Source: a virus (taxonomy: Duplodnaviria > Caudoviricetes). From it: a stretch of 37,969 bases of DNA. Under the pieces are notes generated by a model. The model worked only from the letters and a program-made list of their open reading frames with translations. It did not search any database and had not been told where the DNA came from. Each line of letters starts with the position of its first letter. Position 1 is the stretch's first letter. Location of the stretch: the IMG/VR virus record IMGVR_UViG_3300032125_000012, positions 1-37,969 of that record; one strand, written 5' to 3'. Positions 35,305-37,969 of the stretch are shown here, piece by piece. The position numbers and the translations under genes were made by a program.

Positions 35305-36061
35305 TCCTCTCAGATAGTTGTTTCAAGTCATAACGATCAGCAGCGGGTACTTTTTTTGCTTTAGAATCTTGGTTTAGATAACCATCAAACTTATCTGCTC
35401 CGAATAACGTTTGAGGTCGCAGATATTCGCTCATTTTTTTATCCTTCAACCAATCATCTGTTTTGTTATCAATAACTTTCTTGAAATCTTCAAGTTTAAA
35501 ACCTTCTTTAAATCTAGCTTTAATGACTTTTTGAGTAGATGAAGTGTTTTTACGAAATTGCTTGCCTGTTTTTTGATTTAAATAATCAATGACATCTTTA
35601 TAAGGTGCATGGTCGGGTTGCCCGACAATATCTTTTGTAAGATTAGTAATTGGTAAAGATAAGTCCTTAGTACTTTTAGTACTTAGTAGTGGTGGATTAC
35701 CCGATGTCGGTTTATCCGTTATCGGTTTACCCGATGTCGGGTTTTCCGTCTTCGGTGTTTCAATTGGTTGAGGTTCCTCATATAAGTACCAATCAACCGA
35801 TTTGAATCTACCTCTATCGTTTCTTCCTACCTTCCTTATTAAGTGACCTGCATCTTCTAACTCTTTCAAACCGCTTCGAATACTATCTCTACCTTCTGGT
35901 GTTCGTTTGACTAATTCGGTTTCATAAAATACCCAATCATCTGGAAGAGATAGCATGTAAGCTAGTAATCCTCTTGCTTTAAATGACAATCCACTATTTT
36001 TTAAACCAGTATTGTTTATAATTGTAAAGTTGCTACTTCTTCTTACTCTTTCAATAGCCAC
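35231..36061 (-). CDS. Replication initiator (N-terminal wHTH plus conserved phage C-terminal domain)
   Basis: LSFKARGLLAYMLSLPDDW; IDYLNQKTGK...YLRPQTLFG.KFDGYLN. Confidence 0.9.
   Translation of the reverse strand: MAIERVRRSSNFTIINNTGLKNSGLSFKARGLLAYMLSLPDDWVFYETELVKRTPEGRDSIRSGLKELEDAGHLIRKVGRNDRGRFKSVDWYLYEEPQPIETPKTENPTSGKPITDKPTSGNPPLLSTKSTKDLSLPITNLTKDIVGQPDHAPYKDVIDYLNQKTGKQFRKNTSSTQKVIKARFKEGFKLEDFKKVIDNKTDDWLKDKKMSEYLRPQTLFGADKFDGYLNQDSKAKKVPAADRYDLKQLSERSEPDERHAADFGADDETYPDDFPF
35696..35755. repeat. Four tandem 15-bp iterons, the putative replication origin inside the initiator gene
   Basis: ATTACCCGATGTCGG/TTTATCCGTTATCGG/TTTACCCGATGTCGG/GTTTTCCGTCTTCGG next to AT-rich TTAGTA repeats (35643-35690). 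Confidence 0.8.
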
Positions 36062-36062
36062 G

Positions 36063-36641
36063 TTAATTCACCTCGCTGCTTTCTAATGCTACAACTCTTT
36101 TATGTGCAAATTCAAAAGTGAAACCTTTTATTTTTTTAGCTCTTCCAGCTAGGCTATGACTAATACAACTTCTGTTAACTTTTAAATAATCTGAGGCTTC
36201 TTTTATAGATTTAAAATAAATCTTCGTATCTTCTTTAGTGGCCAATATTGGTTTAGATTGGCTTTTGATTCTTCTGACTAAAGCTGTTCCGTGGTTGACG
36301 TTTTCTTCGGCGGTAACCCACTCTAAATTATTCAGTCTATTATTAAGTTTATTCTCGTCAATATGATTCACTTGAGGTTTCCCATATGTGTTAGGTATAA
36401 ACGCTTCTGCTACTAGACGATGAACTTTTTTAGAATGACCTTTACCATTTTTTCTCAATTCAATTACTTGATATTCTTGTACCCAGCCTTCAATTAACTT
36501 CTCTTTTATAATGAATTTTTTTCTAGGCTTTCCTTTTCCTGCATAAACAGATCCTAATTTTTCTAAACTTTTAACTCTCCCAAAATTAGATACTTCATAG
36601 AGTTCCTCGAACCCCTCAATACTTTTCCAAATTTCTTCCAT
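36063..36641 (-). CDS. NUMOD4-HNH homing endonuclease with C-terminal NUMOD1-like HTH
   Basis: EIWKSIEGFE..YEVSNFGRVKS, VHRLVAEAF, VNHIDENK.NN..NNLEW. Confidence 0.93.
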   Translation of the reverse strand: MEEIWKSIEGFEELYEVSNFGRVKSLEKLGSVYAGKGKPRKKFIIKEKLIEGWVQEYQVIELRKNGKGHSKKVHRLVAEAFIPNTYGKPQVNHIDENKLNNRLNNLEWVTAEENVNHGTALVRRIKSQSKPILATKEDTKIYFKSIKEASDYLKVNRSCISHSLAGRAKKIKGFTFEFAHKRVVALESSEVN

Positions 36642-36645
36642 AGCA

Positions 36646-37305
36646 TTACAACCCCAATCTTTTTACATCTTCTTCACTCAATTTTATTGGTGCAATATGA
36701 TGTTTTTCGAAAATTTCTTGTTCGCTTCCTGCATGGATTAAATTATGATGTTCTCTACATAAACAAATAACTTGTCTACCAACGTGACTAACTTTTTTTC
36801 TATTATTTCCCATGCCTACTGTTGAACCAATAATGTGATGAACGTCTGAATGCGGTTTTCCACAAATGAAACACAACCTTTTAAGTGTCAAAGCGTATAA
36901 CATTTTGCTTGTATTTATCGTCAAGTAAAATTGCTGTTTACGGAATGGAATATCATTGGTGATACATAAGTCGATAACGTACTCTAATAGCTCACTAGCA
37001 ACTGTTTTCTTCATCTGATTACGTTTTAAGCTTGGATATTCTTCTAAGCTAATTAATTTCATGAACTCAACTCGTAAAAATGAATCGATCACGTCTTTTG
37101 TATAGCCTGTATACTCTTCGATATCTCCAACCAACGCCCAATAATGTTTACGCTGCAAGTCGGTTATGCTATTTCTCTCGTAGAAATCGACTACCAAATC
37201 ACCTTGTTCACTTTTCCGAACGATTTCATCCATATCAAAACCGTCCGGGATATCAATTATCATTTTGTTACCAGAATGAGATTCTAACTTTCCAATAAAT
37301 TCCAT
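36646..37305 (-). CDS. Putative HNHc nuclease (DUF968-like)
   Basis: CFICGKPHSDVHH..VGMGNNR...LCREHHNLIH. Confidence 0.85.
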   Translation of the reverse strand: MEFIGKLESHSGNKMIIDIPDGFDMDEIVRKSEQGDLVVDFYERNSITDLQRKHYWALVGDIEEYTGYTKDVIDSFLRVEFMKLISLEEYPSLKRNQMKKTVASELLEYVIDLCITNDIPFRKQQFYLTINTSKMLYALTLKRLCFICGKPHSDVHHIIGSTVGMGNNRKKVSHVGRQVICLCREHHNLIHAGSEQEIFEKHHIAPIKLSEEDVKRLGL

Positions 37306-37316
37306 TTACTCACTTC

Positions 37317-37969
37317 CTAAACTGATCTAACGCCCATTCCGTTATCGATAATGAATGTGTTTAAAGCATTTAATTGTTCAATAGTTCCTGTGATTTCTAA
37401 TTTATACGTTTGTACTACTGGTTTTTCTAAATCGGTGAAATCGGGTTCTTCAAATTTATCTTCTGATTTCTCAACGCTTTTTTCAACGTAACTATCTTGT
37501 TTGGTTATTGTTAACTCTTCTTCACGTTTCTTACGTTCAATTTCAGCTTGCTCACGCTCTTTTGCATCTGCTAGTGACTTATCAATCATCTTCATTACTT
37601 CTGGTGCTGTATTGCCATTTTTCAATACGGTTAACCAGCCTTGAGGTTCAACTTTTACCGCATTGCAGTAGTTCATGATGATGTCCTCATTCGCTTTTAT
37701 TTGCTGTTCTTCTTTTAGCAGTAACTTAATTTGTTCCTCAACTTCTTCTGCAACCTTTTTCATTGCAACCGTCTTATTTAACCATTTAGGATTGTATAAG
37801 AATGACCCTTTAACGAAATCAGATTGTTCTTCTAATTGTTTGTTTACCTGCGTTTCAATTTCATTTTGCTTAGAAAGTCTTTCTTGTTCTTCTAGATTCT
37901 TAATTCCTTCGTCAATTGGAGTAATAACCTCCTGGATCGTTTCAGTTAACTTCTTAATACGTTTCTCAA
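37317..37969 (-). CDS. DUF1351-like protein, C-terminal part (continuation of the ORF starting at 386)
   Basis: Frame open to the window end; KWLNKT motif; in frame across the 127-bp overlap. Confidence 0.8.
   Translation of the reverse strand, partial: EKRIKKLTETIQEVITPIDEGIKNLEEQERLSKQNEIETQVNKQLEEQSDFVKGSFLYNPKWLNKTVAMKKVAEEVEEQIKLLLKEEQQIKANEDIIMNYCNAVKVEPQGWLTVLKNGNTAPEVMKMIDKSLADAKEREQAEIERKKREEELTITKQDSYVEKSVEKSEDKFEEPDFTDLEKPVVQTYKLEITGTIEQLNALNTFIIDNGMGVRSV
37843..37969. repeat. 127-bp terminal overlap identical to 1-127
   Basis: Direct sequence identity. Confidence 0.95.

Larger units (their letters stand above)
1..37969. mobile_element. Complete temperate siphophage genome, excised/circular form (37,842 bp unit length)
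   Basis: All modules present (lysogeny, replication, packaging, head, tail, lysis), no host housekeeping genes, identical 127-bp ends, intact attP. Confidence 0.95.

Noticed and set aside
35696-35755. CRISPR-like or mini-array interpretation of the 15-bp repeats
   Set aside because: Tandem with no spacers and inside the initiator gene, which is typical of origin iterons
9949-37298. Many + strand ORFs in the track (e.g. 9949, 13971, 18167, 19364, 23796, 33717, 37080)
   Set aside because: Antisense shadows of well-supported minus-strand genes, with no RBS or recognisable motifs

Overview
This window is an apparently complete, circularised temperate siphophage genome of a low-GC Firmicute. Its head and tail organisation is Listeria A118/SPP1-like; the host cannot be identified from sequence alone. 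Bases 1-127 are identical to 37843-37969, so the unit genome is 37,842 bp and one DUF1351-like gene spans the junction. Most genes are on the minus strand. In transcription order they are: Cro/antirepressor/excisionase, recombination-replication (ERF, HNH, initiator with iterons, DnaC-like loader, SSB), late activator, terminases, portal, head, tail, SGNH-esterase receptor-binding protein and lysis. The + strand carries the lysogeny module (CI with S24 peptidase, SHOCT and membrane proteins, tyrosine integrase). It is followed by an intact attP that contains a replacement 3' end of the host lepA gene. Most notable observations: (1) a DUF3800 gene with its own promoter-driven, highly structured ~107-nt downstream RNA, a candidate RNA-antitoxin or defence system; (2) a two-gene moron, including a HEPN-like protein, bracketed by a 31-bp imperfect direct repeat that resembles recombination sites, with a weaker third site inside the RBP gene; (3) an XtrA-like gene followed by a switch-like terminator that gates the late activator; (4) two apparent frameshifts, one in the tape measure gene and one in a small HTH gene. 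All family assignments come from motif recognition by eye, not from database searches.
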